DNA of 64,000 bases from positions 70,000,001 to 70,064,000 of the forward strand of contig CM059432.1 in the NCBI GenBank assembly GCA_030390025.1. Reading direction: 5' to 3'. Below, piece by piece: positions 1 to 13,989 of the stretch. The stretch's first letter is position 1, and the number at the start of each line of letters is the position of its first letter. Below the pieces are notes generated by a model. It was not told where the DNA came from. It saw nothing but the letters and a program-made list of their open reading frames with translations, and searched no databases. The translations under genes and the position numbers were made by a program. Source of the stretch: Squalus acanthias. Its lineage: Eukaryota.

Positions 1-1219
1 AGCGACTGGTGCACAAGGACACCCAGGTCTCGTTGCACTTCCCCTTCTCCCAATCTATTGCCGTTCAGATAATAATCTGCCTTCCTGTTTTTGCCACCAA
101 AGTGGATAACCTCACATTTATCCACATTATACTGCATCTGCCATGCATCTGCCCAATCACCCAACCTGTCCAAATCATACTGGAGTTTCTCGGCATCCTC
201 TTCACAGCACACACACCCACCCAGCTTTGTGTCGTCTGCAAACTTGGAGATATTACATCTAGTTCCCTCGTCTAGATCATTAATATATATTGTGAATAGC
301 TGGAGTCCTAGCACCGATCCCTGCGGTACCCCACTAGTCACTGCCTGCCACTCGGAAAAAGACCCGTTTATTCCAACTCTTTGCTTCCTGTCTGCCAACC
401 AGTTCTCTATCCAAGTCAGTACCTTACCCCCAATCCCATGTGCTTTAACTTTACACGCTAATCTCTTATGCGGAACCTTATCGAAAGCCTTCTATAAGTC
501 CAAATATACCACATCCACTGGTTCTCCCTTATCTATTCTACCAGTTACATCCTCAAAAAATTCCAGTAGATTAGTCAAGCACGATTTACCTTTTGTAAAT
601 CCATGTTGACTTTGTCCGATCCTGTCACTGTTTTCCAAGTGCTCTGCTATTACATCTTTTATAATGGACTCTAACATTTTCCCTACTACCGATGTCAGGC
701 TTACCGGTCTATAATACCCCGTTTTCTCTCTACCACCTTTTTTAAATAGTGGGGTTACATTAGTTACCCTCCAATCCATGGGAACTGTGCCAGAGTCTAT
801 AGAATTTTGGAAGATGACCAGCAATGCATCTACTATTTCTAGGGCCACTTCCTTAAGTACCCTAGGATGTAGATTATCAGGCCCTGGGGATTTATCGGCC
901 TACTATCCCATCAATTTCCCTAACACCATTTCCCTACAAATACTGATTTCATTCAGTTCCTCCCTCTCATTAGACCCTATGTTCCCCGACATCTCTGGAA
1001 GGTTATTTTTGTCCTCCTTTGTGAAGACAGAACCAATGTATGTATTTAATTGGTCAGCCATTTCTTTGTTCTCCATTATAAATTCCCCTGATTCTGACTG
1101 CAAGGGACCTACGCTTGACTTCACCAATCTCTTTCTCTTCACATATCTATAGTAGCTTTTACAATCAGTTTTTATGTTCCCTGAAAACTTACTCTCATAC
1201 TCTATTTTCCCCCTCTTAA
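1..1219 (-). mobile_element. CR1-type LINE ORF2 fragment (RT N-terminal half), decayed
   Basis: Minus ORFs 492-848 and 903-1142 carry CR1 ORF2 motifs (VPMDWRVTNVTPLFKKG, YRPVSLTSVVGKMLESII, QHGFTKGKSCLTNLLEFFE, VDVVYLD). Near-identical to 38935-39822. Confidence 0.93.
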
Positions 1220-2236
1220 TTGTGGTGGTTGGTGGTCAATCATCTCAGCCGCAGGACATCACTGCAGGAGTTCCTCAGGGCAGTGTCCTCGGCCCAATCA
1301 TCTTCAGTTGCTTCATCAATGAGCTTCCCTCCATCATAAGGTCAGAAGTGGGGACGTTCGCTGATGATTGCAGTGTTCAGTTCCATTCACAACTCCTCAG
1401 ATAATGAAGCAATCCATGCCCGCATGCAGCAAGGCCTAGGCGACATTCAGGCTTGGGCTGATAAGTGGCAAGTAACGTTCACACCACACAAGTGCCAGGC
1501 AATGACTATCTCCAACAAGCGAGAGTCTAACCACCGCCCCTTGACATTCAACAGCATTACCATCGCTGAATCCGTCACTGTTAACATCCTGGGGGTCACC
1601 ATTGACCAGAAACTTAACTGGACCAGCCACATAAATACTGTGGCAACAAGAGCAGGTCAGAGGCTGGGTATTCTGCAGCAAGTATCTCACCTCCTGACTC
1701 CCCAAAGCCTTTCCACCATCTACAAGGCACAAGTCAGGAGTGTGATGGAATACTCTCCATTTGCCAGGATGAGTGCAGCTCCAACAACACTTAAGAAGCT
1801 CGATACTATCCAGGACAAAGCAGCCCGCTTGATTGGCACCCCATCCACCACCTTAAACATTCACTCCCTCCACCACCGGCGTACCGTGGCTGCAGTGTGT
1901 ACCATCTACAAGATGCACTGCAGCAACTCGCCAAGGTTCCTTCAGCAGCACCTCCCAAACCCACGACCTCTACCACCTAGAAGGACAAGAGCAGCAGGCG
2001 CATGGGAACACCATCACCTGCAAGTTCCCCTCCAAGTTACACACCATCCTGACTTGGAAGTATATCGCCGTTCCTTCATCGTCGCTGGGTCAAAATCCTA
2101 GAACTCCCTCCTTAACAGCACTGTGGGAGTACTTTCACCACACGGACTGCAGTGGTTCAAGAAGGGTAATTAGAGATGGGCAATAAATGCTGGTCTTACC
2201 AGCAACGCCCACATCCCATGAATGAATTAAAAAAAA
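1220..2236 (+). mobile_element. LINE-B (CR1/Jockey-group) 3' fragment: RT C-terminus, 3' UTR and A-rich tail
   Basis: GVPQGSVLGP..FADD RT motifs, ORF 1364-2101, and a 3' end ...cccatgaatgaattaaaaaaaa. Same family as 20219-22470, 25585-30230 and 42218-44240. Confidence 0.92.
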
Positions 2237-2986
2237 CATCTGCAGCATGTAAATCAGATGAGATTATGGGATGAGGGGGAAGTGGGATGTGAGAAGCAGG
2301 ATTAGGTATGAGGATACCATCACCTCTATGGTTTCTGCCACACCGCTGGCCACGGCCCCAGCAATGGCCATTCCAATGATGGCGAGGACCGTCTCCTCCA
2401 TGGGGGGGAAGGACATGCAGCTGCGCCTGTTAGGTCCTGCTGCTCCACTTGTGCGCCACCTTATGCTGCAAGAGAGGGAAGTGTGTCAGTGAGTGTCGGG
2501 CAATCTGTTTGGGTGATGTGGCTCTCATGATTGAATAGCTGGCAGTGTGTTCAAGTTGTGAGATGCGTGTGAGGCTTGCAGCAGTGCTAAATGTGTGAGG
2601 GTGAGGTGAAGCTATGAATGTTAGGTATGAGTCCTGATTAATAGAGATCATTGGTAGGTAAGTGATTGGGGTGTGGTGCATTGAGCAGTGTATGAGGCTA
2701 GTTGTGCAGATGGTGGGACATGGCATTTGAAGATACATTCACTGACCTTGACCACTCATGTGAGGTCATTGAACTTTTTGTGGCACTGCATCCAGGTCAT
2801 CGGGGCTTGACTTCTGGTATTGACCTCCACGGCTATCTGGTCCCACTGCCTTCTGAGAGTTTGTCTGGAGGGCCTCTTGGCACCCTGTAGATAGAGCATA
2901 TCTCTCCTCCTCTCCACCTCCTCCACAAATGCCTCCAGTGCAGCAACGGAAAATGTTGGAGCCCGCTCTCTGCCATGTTGTGCCAT
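2237..2986 (-). pseudogene. PIF/Harbinger Myb/SANT-like gene remnant (exon 1 2986-2747, exon 2 2465-2318, exon 3 start ~2239, cut by LINE-B)
   Basis: MAQHGRERAPTFS..LEAFVEEVERRRDMLY...W.QCHKKFNDLT. Splice junctions sit at the same positions as in the copies at 33468 and 47390. In-frame stops present. Confidence 0.82.
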
Positions 2987-3631
2987 TATTCAGTCTTTTT
3001 CCATTTCAGAATGAGTTCCACAATAACTCCTACCACCTGCTCCAGCCACAATGCACCTCCCCATTAAAAGGTGCAGGTTGGCTTTAAGTAGTGCAGGCTA
3101 GCTTTAAGTGGTGCAAGCCTCTCACAATTTTGGCCCCCTTGCTGAGTTGTGCAGCCACTCAACAGCGTGGTTCACGCTGGCTTCACACTGCAATCATGTT
3201 AATTAGCAGGCTGCACAAAGTTGGCGTGCTGCCTGCATCGGAAGCAACGGGAGTGAGTTAATCCTGAATCATGATCCTTCCACCCAATTTCTGGCCCTGT
3301 CCAATTTAGCCCTCCTTATCTTTAATCTAGAGGCTTTGCAGTCCTTTGGCCCTCACAGACTTTAACAACTTCAGATCTTAACCATAGGTCCCTTTTTCTT
3401 TCTGGCAAGAAGCGCTGGCAATGTGGAATGTCTGGTGATGGGGGGAAAGAGCGGGTTGGTGCTGGTGTCTGGGGTCCGCCATTGGAACACTATGCTGGCA
3501 ATGTGGTCTGAACCCTTGGTGTCAACCTGCTTCTTCTACCAAGCTCCTGCAGCTAGCACCGCCTTGCCAGTATTTCATGCTTCCCTTTCTACTTGCCGAT
3601 CCTCCACCTCTTTAAGGTATTCACGCACTCT

Positions 3632-3912
3632 GGGCTGGATTTTGATGCTGGGGCGGGTTGGGGTCGTGTCATCCACTTTTCGTGTTATCCACCCGACTGC
3701 AATTGGATGTGGGAGATTGATGCGATTTTCACCTAATTGGGTAATTGAGTTCCAGCATGTGGGAACCCATGAACCAATTAATGTTTTCAGTCTGAAAGTC
3801 ACCTCTGATGATGTCATCATTACTGCTGCATTGAAGGTCTTCAGAGACTGCCTGGCCTTTGCTGTGAGAGGACCTGGATGCAAAATGAGCAGCAGCAGCC
3901 CTATGTGAGAGT

Positions 3913-3949
<37 letters not shown>

Positions 3950-4371
3950 TGCCTTTGCTGTGAGAGGACCTGAAGGCAAAATGAGCAGCAGCAGCCCTAG
4001 GTCTGCTCCCAGACATTTTTCCTCCTCCTACTACTACTCCGTTGTAATAGTGGACCTGCAGCTGATAGTCAGCTTTCGAAATGTGTTACCGCCAGGTTTC
4101 ACATTCGTGGTTCAGAACAGGCGTGCTTCACGTAGAACAAGGGTTAAAATCACAAAGGCCTTTCAAAATGGCATTATAGAGCCAATTTAGTGCTTGTTAA
4201 GGGCCTTAACAGCCTATCCCGCCTCTTAAAGGCGGGACGGAGTCGGGACCAGCAGACACAATTTAATGAAAATTGCGTGGAAGCGGACTTGTGCCCGCCC
4301 GCCAGTTTTCGCAAATTTAACCTCCCACACGCCTCCAAACCCGCCTCCACGGGTCAATGAAAATCCAGCCC
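3632..4371 (-). mobile_element. Harbinger-type MITE with TIR GGGCTGGATTTT and TSD TCT
   Basis: GGGCTGGATTTT at 3632 and AAAATCCAGCCC ending at 4371. TCT at 3629-3631 and 4372-4374. Internal (GA)n. Reverse-orientation homologue of 25632-26365. Confidence 0.88.
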
Positions 4372-4374
4372 TCT

Positions 4375-5117
4375 GGAGGCGTGTGGGGGGTTAAATTTGC
4401 GGGGTCGGGGTTTCCGACCCCATCCCGACTCCATCCCGCCTCCACACAATTTTGACAAAATCAGTCGCGGGGTTCCCGACTCCGTCCCACCTCCAAGAGG
4501 CGGGAGAGGCCATTAAAGCCCTTAACAAGCTCTAAATTGGCTCTGTAATGCCATTTTGAAACATTTTAGCTAGTTTAACCCTTTTCTGACGTGAAGTACG
4601 CCTGGTGTGAAACACTCCAGTGAAACCTGGCGGGAGCACAAGTGGACAGCTGACTATCAGCTGCAGGTCCACTATTACAACGGAGATGTGATGAAGGTAG
4701 TAGTAGTATTAGGTCTGAAAGTCGCCGCTGCTGCATTGAATGTGTTCAGAGACTGCCTGGCCTTTGCTGTGAGAGGACTTGGATGCAAAAAAAATTCATT
4801 CTCTCTCTCTCTCTCTCTCCCCCTCTCCTTTCTCCCCCCCCCCTATTTTGCATCCAGGTCCACTCACATCAAAAGCAAGCCAGGCAGGTCCTCTCTCACC
4901 AACAGTCTCTGAGACTAGGCAGTCAGCAATGATGACATCATCAGAGGCGACTTTCAGACTGAAACCACTAATTGGTTCATGGGTTCCCACATGCTGGAAC
5001 TCAATTGCCCAATTAAGTGAAAATTGCATCATTCATCCACATTAATCTGGAGTCGGGGGGGAAACACGAAATGCGGATTACACGACCCCAACCCGACCCC
5101 AAGACAAAATCCAGCCC
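4375..5117 (+). mobile_element. Second copy of the same MITE, lacking about 35 bp of its left end
   Basis: Colinear with 25667-26365. Ends AAAATCCAGCCC at 5117, followed by TCT. Confidence 0.88.
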
Positions 5118-5312
5118 TCTGTGTCTCATATTTCATTATGCCTCCCACTTTCTCATGCTAATATCACTCCTGCCATTTAACTATCTCCTGTTCTCCACTT
5201 GAGCACTTTACAGATCATTCTATTTCTTTTCCTGTGTTTGTGTGTGCACATCGGTGTGTTTTCCCTTCCCCTTGTCCTGTTCTTTTTCAAGTGCTGTTAT
5301 CTGTAATATCTT

Positions 5313-5410
5313 CCAGTTCTAACAAAAAATCCAAATCTGAAATGTTAACTTGTCTGTTCTCTCCACAGATGCTACCTCACTGCTGATTGTTTTCAGCATT
5401 ATTTTTTGTT
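5313..5410 (+). repeat. Penelope-like element terminal repeat remnant
   Basis: cagttct...ctgaaatgttaact...ctccacagatgct...ctgctga..tttcagcatt, shared with 5955-6050, 10190-10345 and 44385-44488. The Penelope assignment is from recall. Confidence 0.5.
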
Positions 5411-5954
5411 CATTTTTTTTAGTCCCCTTAAATGTTTGTGTCCAATTTCTAGAAATCTAATATCAGGCTCAAGGGATCAAAATAGAGACAAACTCTGCCT
5501 TTAGACACCTTTAGCATACTTCAAAACAAATATTTCTGCTAGCGACATCTATTGGCAGAATATCAATAGTTCACCAATTTTTAGTTTTATTATGTTGGCA
5601 AGATTACTAATTTGAACATATATTTACTCTACAATATTATTTTGCTTGTCATACCAATGATTATTTTGTTTGTGCTACTGGTGATTATTTTGTTTCCGCT
5701 ACCAATGCTGTTTTACTTTTAGTGATGTTGAATTAATAAAGCAGGTGTGTTCAACTAAAAAGCCTTATGTGTGTGTGTGTGGGTGTGGGGGTTGGGGGTT
5801 GGGGGGGGGGGGTGTTACTGTAAGTGCAGCAAATGCATTTGTAAAATATTGTACAATGACCCCAACAATCAGACCTACAGTGAGGGCTCTAAAGTAAGAA
5901 TGTTCTGGGAGTTATCTTCATTGGATTTTCCTGCGTAATTTGGAATCATTCTGA

Positions 5955-6050
5955 AACAAAAACAAAATGCTGCAAACACTCAGCGGGTCAGTCAGTGGAG
6001 AGGACAGAAGTTGTTAACGTCTCTGCCGGTGAACCCTGCTTCAGAACTGA
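5955..6050 (-). repeat. Penelope-like terminal repeat remnant upstream of XKR4
   Basis: aaaatgctgcaaacactcagcgggtcag..gtggagagg..gttaacgtctc..ttcagaactg, homologous to 10216-10300. Confidence 0.5.
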
Positions 6051-6169
6051 AGTTTGTGCGAACGCCCGTTCAGCGTGAGCAATTCGAGTTGCCTTTCTTC
6101 TTTGAGATGGGCAGGTCTCTCCATCAGTGAGAGATAGCGGAAGTTTGGTGGTGTATAAGCAGTCTCATA

Positions 6170-6951
<782 letters not shown>

Positions 6952-9900
6952 GTAACTCGCACTCTCTGCCAAATCGCTGTAGCGAATAGCTGTCGGGAAA
7001 GAAAAGCATGCAGCACATGCAATAAAACAAACAGAAATCTGCTAAAGTAAGCCGTCCCCACGGTAATTGCCATTCAGACACTGCACTGCAAATGCCCCGA
7101 CACTTGCTCTTTTCAGGTCTGAAAGTGCAGACAACATCTGAATCTTTGCAAATATAGAAATACTCAGATGCTAATGGTTTGTTGGTAGTGCTGGATAAAC
7201 ACCATTTTAGTATAAAGCCAGTGTATAAAAATAACCATTTGGAATTAGGCTGCAAATGAGGTTTGTGATAGGTGTAGCCCTGCTGGTTCCTGTAATGCTT
7301 TGTAAGGATACAGTTCTGCAGCATCTAAAGAATGTTGTCATACCTTTCGTGAGACCGGAAGTGTTCACATGTAATGCTCGGGACCATTCTTTGAAATTTG
7401 CAGATAGTGCATTTTATAGCACGGTTCTTGCCAATGCAGGTCTTGCATCCGATCGGTGTTCAGCTGGCACAGTTTTGTGAGGTTAATAGTAAATATCGGT
7501 ATCATTGCAGTAATAGCCGTCATAAATATTGGGTATGGCAGTTAGTAGCCGGAATGAAATGTACATTGTAACTACACCACGACTTCCTTAAGTAAAATGT
7601 TATTTCTGTGCACATCATGTCGTCCAGAAGATATGCTAATCGTTTCAATAAGAACTGTACTTAAAAATATTATGCAAGGCACTTAAGCACGTTGAGCTCA
7701 CTGTGTAAAATATAGACACGCTGCCAACTTAATGCAGGCATTAAATTGTTATAACTGAAGCTTTTGGGAATACTGTACTGATAAGACTGAGTTTTAAACG
7801 GACCTATGCATGGTGTCTACATTAATTGTGGTGCCTCTTTGGGCTGCGAATAGATTATTGTGATAGCAACTCCCCTATAATTAATCAGCAACACTGCTTC
7901 ATTGCTTATTACTGCTGGATACTTCAATTCGTTTACAGTCAACCAGTAATTTTGTGATTATGCTCTGTGTTAGATTATGCGTTGCACTTCGTGAGTCTGA
8001 TACATGTGCGAAAACAAATCAGCGCATTGCTTGTGTTTGCAGCTACTATTTGGAAACATTCTGCTTGTTATTCGACATTTATTTGAGAGCAGGAATGATC
8101 GATGTCTCTTTTAGTTACAAGTATAATTAAATGTTACTGAGAGAATATTATTGTTTAAAATGTGTGCCCAATGGACAGTCTGTGGAACAGCTGGAAGCTG
8201 TTCGTTCAAACAGTTGGGGAGGACAGAGGTTGAAGGTATTGTGAATAGGAAGGTTGGTCTTTGTTCATACATTTAGACCAGAACATTCGTTTCTAAGATC
8301 ATTAATGCTGACAGGTGACTCTAATTTTCAACTGTATTAAATCACACCATGGTGAAGTTTATTGCATTGCTTTAAAGATAAAGTAATTTTTGTTGAATTT
8401 TAGGCATTAAGTAAAGCAATTGCATCAAAGTAAATCCTCCACAAAATAGGGATTTCTCAGAGTGGGTTTTGAAGCTTTATAATTTCCATGGAAGAAGTGA
8501 AAGATATCTTTGACACCATGTATTTTGTATTTGCTCCTACTCCAAATAGTAGCTTTGTGAGAAGGTTAAGTCAAGTAACAGAATGCTATGTGACTGGAGA
8601 CTAAAATGTATAAATCAATCTAAAAGTTTCTCCTAGCTTACAGAACATTAATGTTGAAAACTATTTTAATTCATTTGCTAGGAGACAGCACTGTGATAAG
8701 CTATAACTTTTCCACTCTGCACCTGATCTTTGGGTGTTTTTCTGCAAAATGTCTGTATTGTAGGTACCAAGAGCCTGAATATATGTTGCGCACTAATGTA
8801 AGAATGTATTTTAAATTTACACACCAGAAGCTGAAAATGTAAATAAAGTGTAATTTGGGTTTGAATGACAAAGACAGCTGTGAATGAAGAGTAAGTGAGA
8901 TGGATTAATCCTAATAGAAAATTCTGAAGTGAAATGGGAGATATATTACTGGCAGCCCAATACATTACCTTTGTTCTTTCATAAGTTTGAAAGAGCACAG
9001 TTCAGAATTGCTTTGTGGCATGAGCTAATTTCACAAGTGAAAGAACATTAATAAGGCACAGCTGCTCAGTTCGGTATTCTAGTTATTCAATGGCCATTAC
9101 TCAGGTTGTGTGTGAAACTGATTTTTCACATCACAGACCATTAAGTTATAATTGTACTGTGTGATGTAATTGTTGTCTACCAGTTATGACATGATCCACA
9201 CTTCTGTGGCACTGTTGATCAGTCGAGAAATGCAACATAATTTATCACCTGACTAGTAATACATTAGACAGTACACCATTATAAGGTAAAATTTGTTCAT
9301 CGCCCTAGGCCATAACCACAAACACACTTTAATTTCAAATTCAATTTTTTCATGCATTATAAAAAGGTATAGCCACATTTCTAAAATGTAAGACAATAAT
9401 GATACCTTTCACTTGACTTTCATCAGGAATAAGTGTCTCCATACTTTGATTAAATACTAAGTCTACAAGCATGGGGACTATACTGACAGATTGAAAATAT
9501 TTCTTAATTCACTTGCATGAATCATCCCTTTAATGGTCCCCGTATATTACATATATGTACAACATAAACTGCACTATAACTTAGTATTCTCCAGATTCCT
9601 ATATTTGTTAAGTATTGGAAAATACTCTCAATTGCCACTGTACAGCACTGTAGATTGCAGCCTATGTACATGATCCAGGCATAAAACTCTGTACCAATGA
9701 AATTCTCTTGAATAAAATTCCCAATGCAAGCAAAAATGTTACTCAACTGTCCAGGTTTTACTACCCAGTGAATTTATTCAATCTACTGACAGTTGTAGAT
9801 GAAAGAAAACATTATTTTTTAAAAGTCTAACCATTTTTGTGTAAAATGTTTTTGTGAATGCTTTCTATTTAGATGAAATTGCTTTTACTTAGATGAAATT

Positions 9901-10189
9901 GCTGGTTAAATGGGTTATGGTATGACAATTTTGAACTGTTTGGGAGCCAATAAATGTTAAACTTATCAGTATTGAACCATATGAAGTTCAGGATCTTCCA
10001 TATAATGCCTAATAACCATTAAGTTATAATTATACTACATTGTGTAAGTGCTTATTAAACTTAATCCAGTCCTTCTGTGATTTTGCATCACATCTTTATC
10101 AATGCCACAACTGACCAATTAAAAAATGTAAAATAACTTCTCATCTTACATGCGTAACACTAGGCAACAGAACAAGGTGAAGATTTTAA

Positions 10190-10345
10190 CAAAAGCAAAA
10201 TACTACAATGCTGGAAATCTGAAATAAAACCAGAAAATGCTGCAAACATTCAGCAGGTCAGGCAGCATCTGTGGAGAGAGAAACAGAGTTAATGTTTCAG
10301 GTCATCGACCTGCTGAGTGTTTCCAGCATTTTCTCTTTTGATTTT
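10190..10345 (-). repeat. Penelope-like terminal repeat with inverted end (fold-back)
   Basis: gaaaatgctgcaaacattcagcaggtc ... gacctgctgagtgtttccagcattttc form inverted arms. Same repeat family as 44385-44488. Confidence 0.55.
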
Positions 10346-12544
10346 AGATGAACATTTTGTTGGAGCCCTGCTACAGAGATTTTGCCTTGGACTAATGCTG
10401 CTTATTTAGGGTTTCTGTGCCTATGTTTTCAAGTATAAACTCCGCATGTGACCTTGTTTGGAGCTTAATGGCTGAGTGCAGTTGGTTGCATGGTTGTGAG
10501 AGCAATTTTCCAGAAGACATTAACAAACCTGCAACCTTACTTTAGTGGTTGATGGCTTGCTTTTAAAAGGGACTGGCAGTTTAAAATCAGCTATTTTGCA
10601 CATGAATAATAAAAATAAAAGTTTAAATATGAATACGTTTTCATAGGATGTGTTGGAAGTGTTTTAAATTGTGTTGATGTATAACTTCATTTTTACCACT
10701 AGAGGTACTTTTTTCCTTGCTAAACTCATTCTTGCGTGTAGTTTGGGTTGAGGTTGCTACTGTGACCTTTTTCTCAGTCACTGTTGTTGCTATACCCTGT
10801 TCCATCTTCTCTTCGTGGTCTGTTAGTGGGAGGAGGGAGTCCAATGCAATGCAGCTGATCATTTCTAGGTAAGCAGTGATGCTTTTGCCCAATATTTTTG
10901 TAATAAGTACTCCCTTTTAATTTTTTTAGTATACATATATTTTTCACTGGAGAAAAAAATCTGCCTCTGTCTAAAAAGCTGAAGTGACATTTTCAAGAAG
11001 GTGGTTGTGCAATATTGTATACTACAATGTGACTTTTGGGTAATTTTGTGGACAAATAAACCCAACATAAAACAGCTATTGCCTTTCTTTTGATTGTAGT
11101 CAGATTTCCTCATAAGCTAGTTAGTGCTACAACTCATTTTATTTCCATTATACGTCTTTAGTTTTCTGCTGAATGAAATTAATAGACATCTTGGAATGAA
11201 GGAAGGGAGAGAAAAAAAAGAGTTGGATAAATTACATAGTGCCAAATATAAGTTGATGTAAAACTGTGAATTTATGGCACAAGCTGTAATTACATTGCAT
11301 GAAAAAGCTGTAGGAGGTCTATAGCGAAATGCCAGATAGAAAAATTTGAACTAACTTTCTATCAGATTAATTTGCCTTATACTATAGAGTAAATGGAACT
11401 ATGCAATGGAAATACATTCACTAGATCATTGTAGGATGGTGCTGAAATGCTTTCTGAATTAGTTCTAGTGGCTAGAAAATAATTTACTGCATTTTTTTAA
11501 AGAATATGCTTTATTAGAAATCCGTGAGAATACATATTTATAAGAGGAGACAGCAGTCCAAAATTACTCGTGACTAAGAACAAGGTGCGGCTTTGTACAG
11601 CAAAAGGAATAAATTCTCCTGTGCTCTTAGGAATATGGTAGTTAAATGTAGATTGAATTATATATGTGTATAAATGTTCACAGTGTTGACTTTTTGTTGC
11701 AGTATTCAAAAGATGGATCTGGTTTGTAAATAATGAATTGTACATCTTATAATAAAAAGATTGAGATTGTATAATATCGTATACAGGTTAATAGATATGT
11801 CAAGAAAAATAGATTTTTTTGTTACAAAGTATTGTAAATTAAACTGCTCCAATAGGCAGTTAATTAAATGAACCTTTGTTGGTCACCAAAATGAACTCCA
11901 AATTTAGAATTAGAACTGAATAGAGTGCAACTCTTTGTGTAAATGTGTAAATGAGATTTGGAAATCACATTTTCACAGCAAGATGGTGAAGAATAAGTAT
12001 GAAATATGCTCATCTGTTAACATATTGCATCAGTTCTCAGTTGGTTGGATAGATGGATCACATATCATGACAAAGAGAGGCGAGAAAAATAAAAACACGG
12101 AGTTTGGTTCAAAAAATAACATTCATCAAATTGATGGGGAGGAGGTTATTTGGGAAGCTGATACTGTGAATATGACATGCAATTAGGTTTTCATAATACA
12201 GTAATGTTTCTTCAGGTAAATTACATTATCAGCTTTAAATATTTACGTAACACAAAAGAAAGCTTTGACAGCTACACATCAGAGCTGACAAACTGAGAAT
12301 ACTAGGTGCAGTGTTTCACCTGCAGTGAAAGATTGATTCAAACTCCAGCCCCAGCTGACCTTTGCACTCAGGCACTGTGCCATTGGGCACAGCAACTATG
12401 TAGGACAAGCTGCTCAACCAAATGGAGCCAAGCTGGCAGAACTACCACGCTGCTTCTAGTAGTTGAACCAGGAGCAGTATTCATAGTGCCCAGTGTTGGA
12501 TCATCTACGGATTTCATTTGATAATTTTTTTTCTCCCATTTTAT

Positions 12545-13051
12545 AAAACACTGGTCTGACCTCAACTGGAGTATTGTATCCAATTCTAGGCACCACACTT
12601 TAGGAAGGATGTGAAGGCCTTAGATGAGGGACTTCAGTTGCGTGGATAGACTGGAGAAGTTGGGGTTGTTCTCCTTAGAGCAGAGAAGGTTGAGAGGAGA
12701 TTTGACAGAGGAGTTCAAAATCATGAGGGTCTAGGCAGAGTAGATAGAGAGAAACTGTTCCCATTGGTGGAAGGGTCGAGAACCAGAGGACACAGATTTA
12801 AGATGAGGAAAAACTTTTTTACGCAGCGAGTGGCTAGGATCTGGAATGCACTGCCTGAAAGGTTGGTGGAGGCAGATTCAATCGTGGCTTTCAAAAGGGA
12901 ATTGGATAAGAAGCTGAAGGAAAAGAAATTGCAGGGCTACGGGGAAAGGGCGGGGGAGTGGGGACTATCTGAAGTGCTCTTGCAGAGAGCCGGCATGGGC
13001 TCGACTGGCCGAATGGCCTCCTTCTGTGCTGTAACTATTCTATGATTCTAT
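12545..13051 (+). mobile_element. CR1 LINE 3' end
   Basis: LEYC.QF..., RTRGHRFK, NFFTQRVARIWNALP. Ends in the CR1 tail ttctatgattctat. Confidence 0.9.
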
Positions 13052-13759
13052 GGGGGAAAAATTTGTTTGCTTTGCGCCTCCCATTAGGGCGCTAATGGGG
13101 CACAGAGCAACTAGCGCCCAGGCGCGGCACCGCTAACGCCTCCCGCAAAATTCAGCGGGAGGTTAGCAGTGGTGGTAGCCGGTAGCGCCCCACGGCGCTG
13201 TGCCTCCGGCGATGACGTCATCACCATGCGCAGCGCCCCGCTCGTGCCCTGGCTGCAAACTTGGCTCGCGCCCCCTGACCTACCGCCGGACGCTATGTCT
13301 GACAGGGTGAAGGGGGCGGTTTTGTGGCCAGGGCAGGGCAGGTGCCAAGCGGCCATTTTTTTTAGGCCGCCTGCCAGCACCTGCCCCCTCTGGCCTCCTT
13401 GCGGGATGTGGGCCACGATCCGTCAGCCTGGCACTCCTCATGAGTGTCGGGCTCTTTTGCCAGCACCCCGCTCCCGGGTGGGCCAGCAGGGCCCCGGTGC
13501 ATGCTGCGCTAGGCCCCTCCCCTTTAATCAGGGGAGGGAGGCCCGCAGTACCGCGGTGCTATGTGCTGACATGCATGGCGCTGCTGCACGAAGCGCCGCG
13601 ATATTCAATGTGAGCGCCCCAAGAGGAAGGGGGAATGCTTCCAGTAGCACCCCACCTCCTGCTTGGGGCGCTACCATTGAATTTTGGGCGCCGGGACACT
13701 ACTTTTAGCGCCCCGGCAAAGTTATCGCCCCAAAGGGGGCGCGAGCCAATTTTCCCCCC
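13052..13759. mobile_element. Harbinger MITE related to the 33109-37244 element
   Basis: Termini GGGGGAAAAATT and AATTTTCCCCC. The left ~100 bp match the reverse complement of 37150-37244. Repeated TAGCGCC/GGCGCTA motifs. Confidence 0.82.
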
Positions 13760-13989
13760 AAAGACTTTTGTTGTGCACTCACAGGATCGCACAGGTATAC
13801 TCATTGCACATTCTTAGAGCTCCACTGTCTTAGAAAGAAAGTACAACTGAGCAACTAATCATTAAAAAAACTGTAATAATGATGCTGCATCACCCATTAA
13901 CCCCCTTAAAAAGTATGTACATGTTATAAATCATGCTCAGTTCATCAATCCCAGCTGTGGAGTGATCAAGTTGGAGGGGGTAAGGCATA

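Noticed and set aside
13049..13762. TSD for the 13052 MITE
   Set aside because: The left flank TAT does not match the right flank (CAA or AAA), so no TSD is claimed.
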